The translations under genes were made by a program, and so were the position numbers. Below the pieces are notes generated by a model. The model saw only the letters and a list, made by a program, of their open reading frames with translations. It was not told the origin of the DNA and did not search any database. Below are positions 7,886 to 18,255 of a DNA stretch of 32,000 bases, piece after piece. Location: assembly GCA_004563595.2 (NCBI GenBank), contig CP042461.1, positions 1,290,001 through 1,322,000 of the forward strand. Reading direction: 5' to 3'. How positions within the stretch are numbered: position 1 is the stretch's first letter; each line of letters opens with the position of its first letter. The DNA comes from Candidatus Saccharimonadota bacterium. Its GTDB lineage: Bacteria > Patescibacteriota > Gracilibacteria > BD1-5 > UBA6164.

Positions 7886-10189
7886 ACGAGTGAATGTTAT
7901 CGTATGCTTTCAATTTTGAAATTGATTTACTTCTTCATTATTAAAAACAGATTGGGCTAAAAATTCAATCCCCGTTATCTTGGAAGTACTTATTCTTTTT
8001 CATAATACATGAAATACTATACTTCATTCTGAAACTTCTATATCATTGAATTCTATATTACTTGAATTCGAAATAGCAAACGTTTGTTTATCTATTAACA
8101 ACTCTTGAGATTGTGTATTAAATTGTAATATTTTATCATTATTTACTCAAAAATTAATTCATTGAGATAAATTTCAAACTCCTACCTGATACAGCTCTCT
8201 TTTAAACAACTCAGGCTCAGGTATTGTTATATCTAATTTCAATAATTCCTTTTCTTTTGAGTCTATTTGTTTGCTTAAGATAATATTTTCATTTTCTATT
8301 TTTTGTTTTTCAGCATCTAAGTAGCTGAAAAAGTCATGTGTAACTCAGTCCATTTCCTCATAGAGGTCTCAGATAGTCGTCACCCCCTTAGGAACCTGGT
8401 TCTTTCAAAAATACCTTTTGATTTCATTACACAGTAGCCCAATTATTTCTTTATCTTCTGAGCGAAGTGTGTGTATTTCTTCTCAAATTTCTTTTTGAAC
8501 TATATTTTCATAATCATCTATACTTCCTTCTTTAATATCAGAAATCGTTACATCTGTAATATCTCCATAGTTTAACCAATCGTCCCATTCCTCTAACTCT
8601 TCCATTCTCCTAGTGCTAGAAATAGAGGTTATTCATTCTATTTTTATCTGCCCCTCCTTCTTTTCAACCTCTAGTTGTCACTTTTCTCCTGTTAATTCAC
8701 TAATTTTATTTTGCCTTATCTCTTCTTCTTTCATTCTTTCTGTATTTGCAGTTTCAAGCTCCAGTACTCATTTATCATTTTCAAATTGGATTATTCCAAG
8801 CTCTAATATTTCTTTGAGTTTTCAATTTTTTAACTTTCAATTCTCAAAATTATCTGGATCATTCAGTCATGAAAATTGTAATACTACACCACCTACTTGA
8901 TATCATTCTTCGGAAAATGTTTGTTGCCAAAAGATCTGTGATTTTTTTTGATCTAGGCTTCAAGAAATTTTCTGAATTTTTCATATATTCCCTTTATTAT
9001 CTTGAAAATCTTGCTCTCAGAAATCTATACTCTTAAAAACTCCATCTCATTCTATTATTTCCCCATTTTTATCCTCAGTTTTTCAACTTCATAGTAATGA
9101 ATCAAACATCTTGTACTGTGACGACATTATCTCAAGTGATAACATTGGATTTTCTCAATGAAATCAAAGAAATGATGCAATGATTTTTCAAATGAATGGA
9201 ATCTTAAATAAACCTGATAAAATTTTTTTAAATGTTGATCAAATATGTTCATTATTTATAAGCTGCAAAGTATATTCTTGCATTTTATCTCCATATTGTA
9301 GTTTTTCTGATAACTTCGATATATCTTCTCTTGATTTTAATACGTACTGCTTTAAGTCCTCTACATCAAAATCCTGAAGACTCCTTTCAGTTTTTGTAAA
9401 ATCAATTTCCTCAATAATAAGCCCCTCTACTCATTGCTCTATTTCTGATGGCTTTTGAAACCATTCAACATGAGAAATGATATTCTGTTTTTCTTCCTGA
9501 GATAAGTTTGGATAATTTATTTGTATATATTGATTTACTTCAGTAAATTTATCAACATATGGTTGAATAATATTTGCAAGACTCCCTTCTAACATACTTC
9601 CTTGTTCTACCACTTTTTCAGTATCATCAAACACATCAAGAATATTTTGATACTCTCAACTATTTACAATATCTTTTACCTTTACTATCTTACTTGAAAA
9701 TCCTTCCGTTATCTGTTGTGATAATCACATTAAATCCGAAGATAATAACCTATTTGCTAACCCTAATTTTAATAGCTCTTTTTGTGCTGGTGGCAAAAAA
9801 TCAAAGTTTTGAAATACAGATTCAAAGTGAGATTCAAAGTAACTTTTCATTTCTTCAAACCTCGCTGATTCAATTCACTTTGTTGCATTATCCAAAGTTA
9901 CTGCTTCAAAGCTTTTTTCATTTAATTGAGTCTCTAAATAGTCTTCATACACGTGTTTTCAAATTACCGAAAAATCCCCATCTTTTTGTCATGATAATTC
10001 TTTCTTCATGAGATCAAGCTCTTCTTGTGTAACGTCTAAGATCTCGTTTTCTGATTCTAATCAAAACTTTTCTTGGACATACCTATGGAATTGTTTTTCT
10101 TTTTCAGGGTCGTTGATAATACTCTTTGATAAATCCTCTACCGTTTTTATTGGTGGTGTTACAGCTTCACGTTGTATTATTTCACTCAT
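7874..10189 (-). CDS. large hypothetical protein (771 aa), acidic, coiled-coil rich
   Basis: ATG at 10187-10189, TAA at 7874-7876. Every codon of the frame was checked: no TAA/TAG and many TGA. It contains track ORF 9431-9634. Starts MSEIIQREAVTPPIKTVEDL and ends ...QNGKHTITFTRKKA. One hydrophobic stretch (FKKILSGLFKIPFIGKIIASFLGF). No family recognised. Confidence 0.8.
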
Positions 10190-10363
10190 GCGTAATAATT
10201 AAAATATACTATTATTATAACTGTATCATAGTCTTAATTATATTGCAAAATATTAAAAATACTGGGCCTATAAGTATTATTTAGTAATTGTCAATTTATA
10301 AATTTGAAATTACAGATATATATATGATATACTAACTAGGAATTTAAAAATTAATGCAAAATT

Positions 10364-13300
10364 ATGGCAGGTAGTACAGAAAATAATAACTATAGTTCTC
10401 TCGTTCAATCTATTGAACAAGCGACAAAGAATAAAAGTACTCTTGATGATGTAACTATACAAGTAGCTGAGGAGGCTCTTTTAAACACTGATATTGATGC
10501 AGGTCAAAAAGAGAAACTTTCATGATTATTAAATGAGTATAAAGCTCTTATTCAACAAACTCACACAGAAGTTGCTCAAACTCAAATTGATGTAGAAAAA
10601 AATCCTGATCAAATAATTACAGAATTAGTTGATGTAATAAAGTCAAAAAATATTTGAAAATTCACTGAGTCATTTTCTAAGTCTGTAATCAAACAACTTG
10701 ATTTTTCTGAAGAAAAACATCCTGAAAAATATACAAAAATGCTTTTATTATTAGCTGAAATAAGCAATATCTATGATAAACCTGAATCTACTCAAAATAC
10801 AGATTTAGAATGAGTGCTTAAGTCTGAATGAAAAAAACTTCAAATTATTATCACCGAAGCAAGCTTAGATTTAGAGAACAATACTCTTGAGAAAAATTTA
10901 GACTCGTATCATCAAGCAAAAACTTCAACAGTTCAAAAAATGATTTTGGATTATATTCATGAAACTGAAATTAAGAATAAAGGGTATACTATTAGGCATG
11001 ATGTAGATAATAGTTTCTTAGTAGTTAATAGGGATAATAGACAAATTCGTACTAATGCAATAACAACTATCCAAGATCAAGTTTCATCTCAAGAAATGAA
11101 AGATTACGTAGCTTTCCAAAAAACTGATGAGTATGAACTCATGAATTCTGTTCCTGTATTATGAGATTCAACTGTAAAGGATATTATAAGACAGGCTTCT
11201 GGTGAGACTCAAAAGGAAATAAAAAAATTTACTGAAACAACATGATTTAAAATGTTACTTCCATTAGCTGCTCTTGCATTTATATTTTGAATAGTTGGAG
11301 GCAAAATGAGTTTTTGAAAAAGGTTGTTAGTATTACTAGGATGAGGAGCTGCCTTATTTGCAGGAAATATTAGTGCGCAAGAAATGTGACATGGGAGTTT
11401 ATTTACACTTGTAAAGAATGGAATTAATGAAGCTACTGACGGTTTAGTAAAAACAGACGATTGGAAGCAAAAAACACGTCCTATGAATGTGTTTAATGAA
11501 ATTGAATTCCTCAATGATAATGCTGAATATCAACTCGGCAACAATATTCTTACATGATTATTTACAAACATATATTCAAATGATCATTTTAAAAATACAC
11601 ATATATCAGTAATTGAAAGATTTATTACAAACAAATGAGCTGTTGCAAAAGATGTTTTTGGGGAACCTCTTCCTAAAAAAGAAAATTGAAGCGATTATAC
11701 TACTGGAGAATTACAACAATTCCTGAGACTCACATTGTGAGCAAAGGATAGTGCCGATACTTATGGAGACCACTTATTACAAAGACGTGGCCATATTCCT
11801 GGAACATCTCCTCAAAGATCTCAAGAGCCTCATTCACTTATTCCTGGAACCGATCTTGAAAATACTCAAGAAGCTCGTTCACTTATTCCTGGAACTGATC
11901 TTGAAAATACTCAAGAAGCTCGTTCACTTATTCCTGGAACTGATCTTGAAAATACTCAAGAAGCTCGTTCACTTATTCCTGGAACTGATCTTGAAAATAC
12001 TCAAGAAGCTCGTTCACTTATTCCTGGAACTATTACGGCTGAAGAATTAGAAAACAATGAAATAATTCGTTATCAAACTATTTGATATTTTGAAAATGGT
12101 ACTCAGTATTTATTCTGAGAAGATGGAACAGATACGGCTCTTGATTATGACAGCCTTTCACCAAATTTTAAAGAAGCTTTCGACAATTATTATGGAGTTT
12201 CAGAACAAGCTGAAAATCTCTTATTTATATTAAATACGATTGGTTGAAAAACTGAAGAAATAGATACCCTTAATCAATCGCTTAATCAGGTCCATATATA
12301 TAAACTTGATGAAACTATACCACAACTCCAAACAACTATACAAAATATCGTTTGAGCACTTCCATGATCACTCGGTGATGTATCTGATAGAGTGGGTATT
12401 TTAGAATATCTCCGTGAAGAAGGACTTTACGATGCTGTTAGCAGAGAAATAGTTGAAAAGAATTTTGATGAAATAGTAAATCTTTCTGAAGAAGATTTAC
12501 AAAATTTTATCGAAAATGGGACTACAAACAACAAAATAGATCAACTAAAAAGAGAAGATTCTGATTTATATAATAAAGTAGTAGAAAAGAAAAATGAAAT
12601 AGAAGAATACATAGCAGAGTTTAGATCTGAAATTCTCTCACAACCAGAGTATGAATGACTTGATCAAAACGCTATCCTAAAATCAACAAAAAATATTTTC
12701 TTAACATGATTTACAAAACATTTATTATTTACCACTCAACGTGAATCAGAAATGGGGGTATTTGACGTAAATCAACAAGGATCAGCTGAGTTAAAACTTT
12801 TTTGAGAGATGGAATGAGTATGACTCTTAGATATCAGTGATAAAAACATAGATTTTTGGTGAAAAGAAGCTCTCATTATGGTATGAACTCAAGCTATTGC
12901 TATTGGAATATGAGCTCTTACTATGTGAGCCTGAACTATTGCAGTAAATGCTCTTGTACATGGAACAAGGTGAGTAAGAGGATTAAAACAGATGAGTAAT
13001 ATTTGAAAAATTGCAAATGGGACAATAAAATGATCATGAATAATGCCATGAACATGAGTTACAGCCGCTAAATTAGCAAGATGAGTTAGTACATGAGCAT
13101 TAGGATGAGTATCTTTTAATGCTTGATATACTCTTGTAAATAGTGGGTTTGCATGAGAAAACCTATATTCAAAAGAATGATTTATGGATGCTGCAAAATT
13201 TTGAATAGCATTAAAGTGATTTGAAGCATTTAAAAATATATATAGAGGTGTTGCATGAGTCTCAACAAAGTGAAACATACTAAAAGAAAGTTCTAAATTT

Positions 13301-13804
13301 GTTGTGAAACATGGGGTAAACATATGAGTTCCCGTTGCTATTGCGATGTGATTAGATTGATGAAAGTGAGCTCTTGATATAAGCTTTGATGAATGAGAAT
13401 GGACCTCAGAAGAAGTACTTCAAGCAATGACGATAGTTGCTAGTTATGCTCTCATTAGAAAATATGGATCAAAAGATATAGCATCAGCAAAAAAGTGATG
13501 AGAACAAGTTTGAGAGTTTGCAAGGGCAAATAGTGGGAAGGTTTGAGAGTTTGTAAAAAACTCATGAGAAACAATTCTTGGTACATGAAAAATTATCGGT
13601 TGAGTAATAAAAGTAAAAATGTGAAAAAAAGGAGTTGAAGTTCAACAAGGAACAAAAACCATGAAGGAAACATATAAAGATCTGAAACCAGGTCAAACAG
13701 CGAAAATGAATAATTGAATTAAAGTGAGAAAAAAAACTACCACACAAGTCATAAAAGATAAAATTCCAAAAGGACCTACTCTAAATAAACCTGGAATTCA
13801 ATAA
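10364..13804 (+). CDS. very large hypothetical protein (1146 aa) with central TM hairpin, 15-aa tandem repeats and a Gly(TGA)-rich hydrophobic C-terminal region
   Basis: ATG at 10364, TAA at 13802-13804. The frame was checked line by line with no TAA/TAG. It joins track ORFs 10940-11164 and 12392-12658. Starts MAGSTENNNYSSLVQSIEQ. TM region TTGFKMLLPLAALAFIFGIVGG...LLVLLGGGAALFAG. No family recognised. Confidence 0.85.
11834..12031 (+). repeat. 45-bp in-frame tandem repeat, about 4.4 copies
   Basis: Unit TCACTTATTCCTGGAACTGATCTTGAAAATACTCAAGAAGCTCGT at 11834, 11879, 11924 and 11969, plus a partial copy at 12014-12031. Copies 2-4 are identical and copy 1 differs by 1 nt. Encodes (SLIPGTDLENTQEAR)n. 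Confidence 0.95.
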
Positions 13805-13840
13805 ACAAAAGAATGTCAAGTATTTGACATTCTTTTGTTT
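13803..13840 (+). terminator. rho-independent terminator, 17-bp perfect stem
   Basis: AAACAAAAGAATGTCAAgtatTTGACATTCTTTTGTTT, immediately after the stop of the 1146-aa gene. Confidence 0.75.
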
Positions 13841-13928
13841 ATTTGGTATGATATATATACTGAGTATTATCGGTTATTAATTGTTTACACAAATAATCCC
13901 GATAATCTCGGGAAAAGGAGAATTTATT

Positions 13929-14387
13929 ATGAGTAATTCATTAGATGGTTTCACTGATCAAATAGTAGAAACTTTTTCGAAGATAACATTGATAAAAGCT
14001 GTTACATTTGTAGTATTTTTAATACTTACAAAAATCAATGCATTTTCTGATATACCTCTTCCTATTTACGTTGTAGCTGGAGGTATTGCCGCATTACTTG
14101 CATTCAAAAATGAAAAAGCTTATGGATGGGGAGTTGCAACATATATTGTTACACTCTTATGCATAATGCCCTATATAAATGAATGGAGTATTGCAATTAT
14201 TGCAACTGGTCTAGTAATGGCAGTTTCAATATGTGGAATCTATGCTATTCGGCAAAAAGCCGTCTATCTTGGAATTGTATCTGCATTTATACTCGCTTGT
14301 TCCATCAATCAAGTGTCTCAATTCACACTTGAGCAGATAAATGATGTCAACATCGAAAATTTTGATCACAGAAACCGAGGTATCTAA
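13929..14387 (+). CDS. hypothetical 4-TM membrane protein (152 aa), TGA-free, preceded by a Shine-Dalgarno motif
   Basis: ATG at 13929 preceded by AGGAG (13916-13920) with an 8-nt spacer. TAA stop at 14385-14387. MSNSLDGFTDQIVETFSKITLIKAVTFVVFLILTK... All 9 Gly are GGN. The track starts this ORF at a TTG (13881), which I consider less likely. Confidence 0.75.
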   Translation: MSNSLDGFTDQIVETFSKITLIKAVTFVVFLILTKINAFSDIPLPIYVVAGGIAALLAFKNEKAYGWGVATYIVTLLCIMPYINEWSIAIIATGLVMAVSICGIYAIRQKAVYLGIVSAFILACSINQVSQFTLEQINDVNIENFDHRNRGI

Positions 14388-14395
14388 GTTACTCA

Positions 14396-14427
14396 AAAAG
14401 AAAAAACCGAGCTATGCTCGGTTTTTT
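14396..14427. terminator. bidirectional rho-independent terminator between convergent membrane-protein genes
   Basis: aaaaaaaaaaaCCGAGCtatGCTCGGtttttt. Confidence 0.75.
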
Positions 14428-14435
14428 GTTGTATA

Positions 14436-15017
14436 TTACCCTCTTCTGATTGTATCCATTTGAAAGAGCTTATTCATAGCTCCGGTTAATGAAACATCAA
14501 AATCATCTTGGGCAATAGCTTCAGCATATTTCGTCATTTCAATTACCAAATAGTTACAAGGTAATAATAAGAGAAAAGCGTTCACTATAGCAGGTAAATC
14601 AGTAAATAACGTCAAAGTAAGTATTATCATCATCACAATAATTGAGAAGATAAAACATGCTTGAGCCCATACTACAATTATTGCTGTTAATTTAATATAA
14701 TCTTTATCCTCACGAATATCTACAGAGAATTCATCAATAGTTTCTGGTTCATATGCCCCTTTCGACACCATTTGATTCACAGTTGCATTTGCTGCATTTG
14801 CTTGACTGACAAGATACAATCGCAAAACTACCAATGCAACAACATAGCAGATAAAAACAAGGAACATAGCAATATTTGAAAACGATAAAATCATCATAAT
14901 CAAAACGGATACAAACCCCGCAACTACAGGAAATCTGGCTAATTTCAAGGTAAACCACACAAAGTATCGTGGTGAATTTAAATCAGAAACTACCTTTTGT
15001 CCAAATAACTCACTCAT
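14436..15017 (-). CDS. hypothetical multi-TM membrane protein (193 aa), TGA-free, SD-like motif upstream
   Basis: Intact track ORF with a TAA stop. Upstream on the minus strand: AAAGGAataaaatATG. MSELFGQKVVSDLNSPRYFVWFTLKLARFPVVAGFVSVLIMMILSF... All 5 Gly are GGN. No family recognised. Confidence 0.75.
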   Translation of the reverse strand: MSELFGQKVVSDLNSPRYFVWFTLKLARFPVVAGFVSVLIMMILSFSNIAMFLVFICYVVALVVLRLYLVSQANAANATVNQMVSKGAYEPETIDEFSVDIREDKDYIKLTAIIVVWAQACFIFSIIVMMIILTLTLFTDLPAIVNAFLLLLPCNYLVIEMTKYAEAIAQDDFDVSLTGAMNKLFQMDTIRRG

Positions 15018-15196
15018 ATTTTATTCCTTTAGCATATAGCTAATGTTGTAAATTTAGTATTCAAAGAAAATAAAGTAAATATAGCTTACCACTAAATAGT
15101 TAATTGTCAATATATATTTATTTTTTTTCTCTCTCATTTTTCGTCAAAATCTCTTTTTTATGGTAAAATAAAGGAAATATAAATAATAAAACACAT

Positions 15197-16909
15197 ATGG
15201 CTTGAAAATTTGAACAAATACTTTCAACACACTTTGAACAAGATGAAATACAACAATTAGAAAGTATGCCTGACTATGAGGCTACAAAAAAAAGAATCGA
15301 ACAAATCCATGCAGATGACATGCTTGCACACTTAGAAGCAAAAGTAAATGCTGAAATTATAGATAAGAAATTATCTCTTAATGAAAGATTCCAAAAATTT
15401 CAACAAAGTATTGGAGAAATTACAGATTCCGCAGAGAGTAAGTCATCAGCAACTCAGTTGAATCCTGAAGTATATATTGCAAGTCAAAAAAAAGAGATGA
15501 GAGAAGAGTTTCTTACAACTCTTTCTGGTTGAAGTAACCCCGATATCACAGATACAAAAACATGGACTTGAATGCTTGGAGTATGGGCATTCGAACAAAT
15601 AGAAAACTGAGAAAAATTAGATAAAAATTCATCATTTGTTGATAAAATTACCACTTGATTTATGTCAAAAATTTGAATTACTCTCCTATCATTTTTATGA
15701 CTCTGAAAAGCCTTTTCAGCATATAAAAATTGAAGTGAAAATATACAATTACCTGTAGAGGAAGAAAAAGAAAGAACTATTAGTACTAACTCTGAACAAA
15801 GAGAAGCAAGAAGGTATAGCTGAGCGACGTTGATATTCCTTAATATTATTAATAGGGAAAATAATACTGAAGTATTTGATAATCTTAATTTTCAAAACCT
15901 AACATTTGCTCAGCTTCTTGAATTCAAAGAAGCAAGTTATCATAACCAAAAATTCAATGATTTTTTTAACTCACTCCCTGAACATAGTTATAGTAGGAGA
16001 GAGATTACTTGAGCAATTGATACATTAATTGATTGAAAATGACGTACACTTATAGATGATATTTTTTCTAAAAGTGAGTATAAAAATGACTACAAAACAT
16101 TTTCAGTAAAAAAACTCTTCTTATTAATGTGAGAAAATATTGAGCTCTTAGGCTCTGTTCAAACTCAAAGCATATTAACACAAGCATCAACTTGAGACTT
16201 TAAAAATATGGATGAGGAAACAAAAAATTATCTCAATAAAAGAGCTCTATCAGAAAATATTTTTTCACTTGCAAGAGATGAGAGTAATTATACCTTTGAT
16301 AACAAAAAAAATATTCTAGCTAAACTAGACTGAACTGAATGAATTAAGGATTGAATGGAAAAAGAAAGAGTTACCGAGCTAGTAGAATATTGATTTGATA
16401 TACAAAGTAATTTATTTCAAAAAGAAGATGGTGCATTTCAGATATATGAGGGATGAAAAAAAATCTCTGATATTTTTATAGCTGATCCTCTTTCGCTTAG
16501 AGAAGTAATAACATTGAGAATAATTACAGGTGAAGTTACTGAATTTAATAAGATGAACTCTATACAACAATCTGCACTTTATTTATCACTCATCTGATTT
16601 TTAAAAGAAAGGTGAGAAAACGAAACATTCTGAAATTATCTTGTATGACTATGAAAATGATCTGCTGATATAGCTAATGAGACATGAGATGAGTTGTCTT
16701 GAAAAATACCGCAATGAGTTAAAAATATAATTTGAGATGCTTTCAAGGTAATTGCAGACACATCGGCAGAACAGGCATGAAATATGCTTGAAACAACTAT
16801 TTGAATGGTAAAAGAATCTCCATTATTATGAATATGAGCCTGAGCACTCTTACTATTCTGACCATGGTTTGTAAAAAGACAAAATGTATTCCAAGTAATA
16901 ACAAGATAA
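15197..16909 (+). CDS. large hypothetical protein (570 aa) with TM segment and Gly(TGA)-rich hydrophobic C-terminus
   Basis: ATG at 15197 (in-frame TAA 33 nt upstream), TAA at 16907-16909. Frame checked line by line. It joins track ORFs 15266-15532 and 15830-16012. Starts MAGKFEQILSTHFEQDE. ...ITTGFMSKIGITLLSFLGLGKAF... ends ...LLGIGAGALLLFGPWFVKRQNVFQVITR. Confidence 0.8.
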
Positions 16910-16925
16910 ATAACATTTGAAAAAA

Positions 16926-16961
16926 AATAATTTCTCCTACAATAAGAGAAATTATTTTTTT
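16926..16961 (+). terminator. rho-independent terminator
   Basis: AAATAATTTCTCctacaataaGAGAAATTATTTttt. Confidence 0.65.
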
Positions 16962-16972
16962 ATATTTAATAA

Positions 16973-18013
16973 ATGAAACTTTCAGACTTCAATTACGAAC
17001 TCCCAGATGAACTCATCGCACAAACACCAATAAGTCCACGTGATCATTCTCGACTGCTAAAGCTAGAAAAAGAGACCGGTCATATAGAAGAAGCGAAATT
17101 CTATAACATCCTCGATGAACTATGAGAGAATGATGTCCTGGTTCTTAATAAAACAAAAGTTATCAATGCAAGGCTCCATGGATACATAGAATGAAATGAG
17201 AAACCCGTAGAAATATTTCTGCATAAGCAACTCTCAAATAATACTTGGGATTGTTTAGTTTATCCAGGGAAAAAGCTCAAACTAGGGAGAAAAGTAGAAT
17301 TTAAAAGTAATAATTCTGGACCGGTCATGCTGATTGCAGAAATAAAAGATATTTCAGAATCAGGAAGAATTATAGAGTTTAGTAAATGAGGAATAGATTT
17401 CTTAGAAATAATTGAAAGACTTTGAGAAATACCACTCCCACCGTATATCAAAGAGAAGCTAGAGAACTCAAGTAGATACCAAACCGTATTTAATGAAGTA
17501 TCATGATCAGTAGCAGCTCCAACTGCAGGACTACATTTCACACCCGAACTTATTGAAAAACTTGAAAAAAAATGAGTAAAAATTGAAAAAGTACTTCTTC
17601 ATGTATGACTTGGAACTTTTAAATGAGTAGAAACAGAAAATATCATTGACCATACTATGCATCATGAATATATCGAACTAGATGAAGGAACGGCAAATAA
17701 ACTCAATACATATAAATCAGAATGAAAAAGAATTATTGCAGTATGAACAACATCTATACGTGTGCTTGAAAGTTTCTCTGATGATAACGGATTACTCAGA
17801 CACTGAAATATGGAAACAAATATTTTCATCTACCCATGATATACTTGGAAATTTATTGATGCGATGATTACGAACTTTCACTTACCAAAATCAACTCTTC
17901 TGATGCTTATTTCTAGCTTTGCATGAAAGAAGAATATAGATATGGCATATCAGTATGCTATTGATAATAAGTTCCGTTTTTTCTCATTTTGAGATGCCCT
18001 TTTTATTAAATAA
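16973..18013 (+). CDS. queA: S-adenosylmethionine:tRNA ribosyltransferase-isomerase
   Basis: [31 protein letters not shown]...[16 protein letters not shown]...[26 protein letters not shown]...FRFFSFGDALFIK. 346 aa, with many conserved Gly encoded by TGA. Confidence 0.93.
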
Positions 18014-18023
18014 GTTCTATTTA

Positions 18024-18090
18024 CTCTCCCTTTAGTATTAAAGGGCACCCTCACTTCGTTGGGGCATACTAAGTACCCGTTGGGGGAGGG
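18024..18090. repeat. GC-rich structured intergenic element (nested hairpins)
   Basis: CTCTCCCTTTAGTATTAAAGGGCACCCTCACTTCGTTGGGGCATACTAAGTACCCGTTGGGGGAGGG. Inner hairpin CCCTTTAgtatTAAAGGG, outer pairing CTCCC...GGGAG. It shares a CCTCAC core with the repeats at 24593 and 25972, and it contrasts sharply with the AT-rich surroundings. Confidence 0.4.
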
Positions 18091-18255
18091 ATTATTATTT
18101 CTTTTAGGTTATTTTAAGATATAAATTATACCTCATTATCGCTATAAATAAAGGTCAGTTCTACATTTAAACTTTTACTTTTAAATTAAAAAAATATAAT
18201 CATGAACATAGGTGAATACACCTAATACTTTATTATCTCTAAAACCTTACAAGCT

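Noticed and set aside
8613-10202. Plus-strand ORFs 8613-8900, 9180-9377, 9574-10011 and 10008-10202.
   Set aside because: They are antisense to the verified 771-aa minus-strand CDS and have Ser/Phe/Leu-rich nonsense composition.
11834-12031. The tandem repeat as a possible CRISPR array.
   Set aside because: The repeats are directly adjacent with no spacers, the unit length is a multiple of 3, they are in frame within a CDS, and no cas genes are present.
11751-12050. 99-aa plus-strand ORF with LKKLVHLFLELILKI repeats.
   Set aside because: It is an alternative frame through the 45-bp tandem repeat. The flanking sequence shows that the real frame is the one continuous with 10364-13804.
12889-13323. 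144-aa minus-strand ORF (His/Ala/Phe-rich); also 13562-13747 (-) and 11209-11514 (-).
   Set aside because: They are antisense to the verified 1146-aa plus-strand CDS. They stay open only because the sense strand is full of TGA (TCA on the antisense strand). Low-complexity, no start context.
14749-14958. 69-aa minus-strand ORF.
   Set aside because: It is an alternative frame inside the 193-aa membrane-protein CDS.
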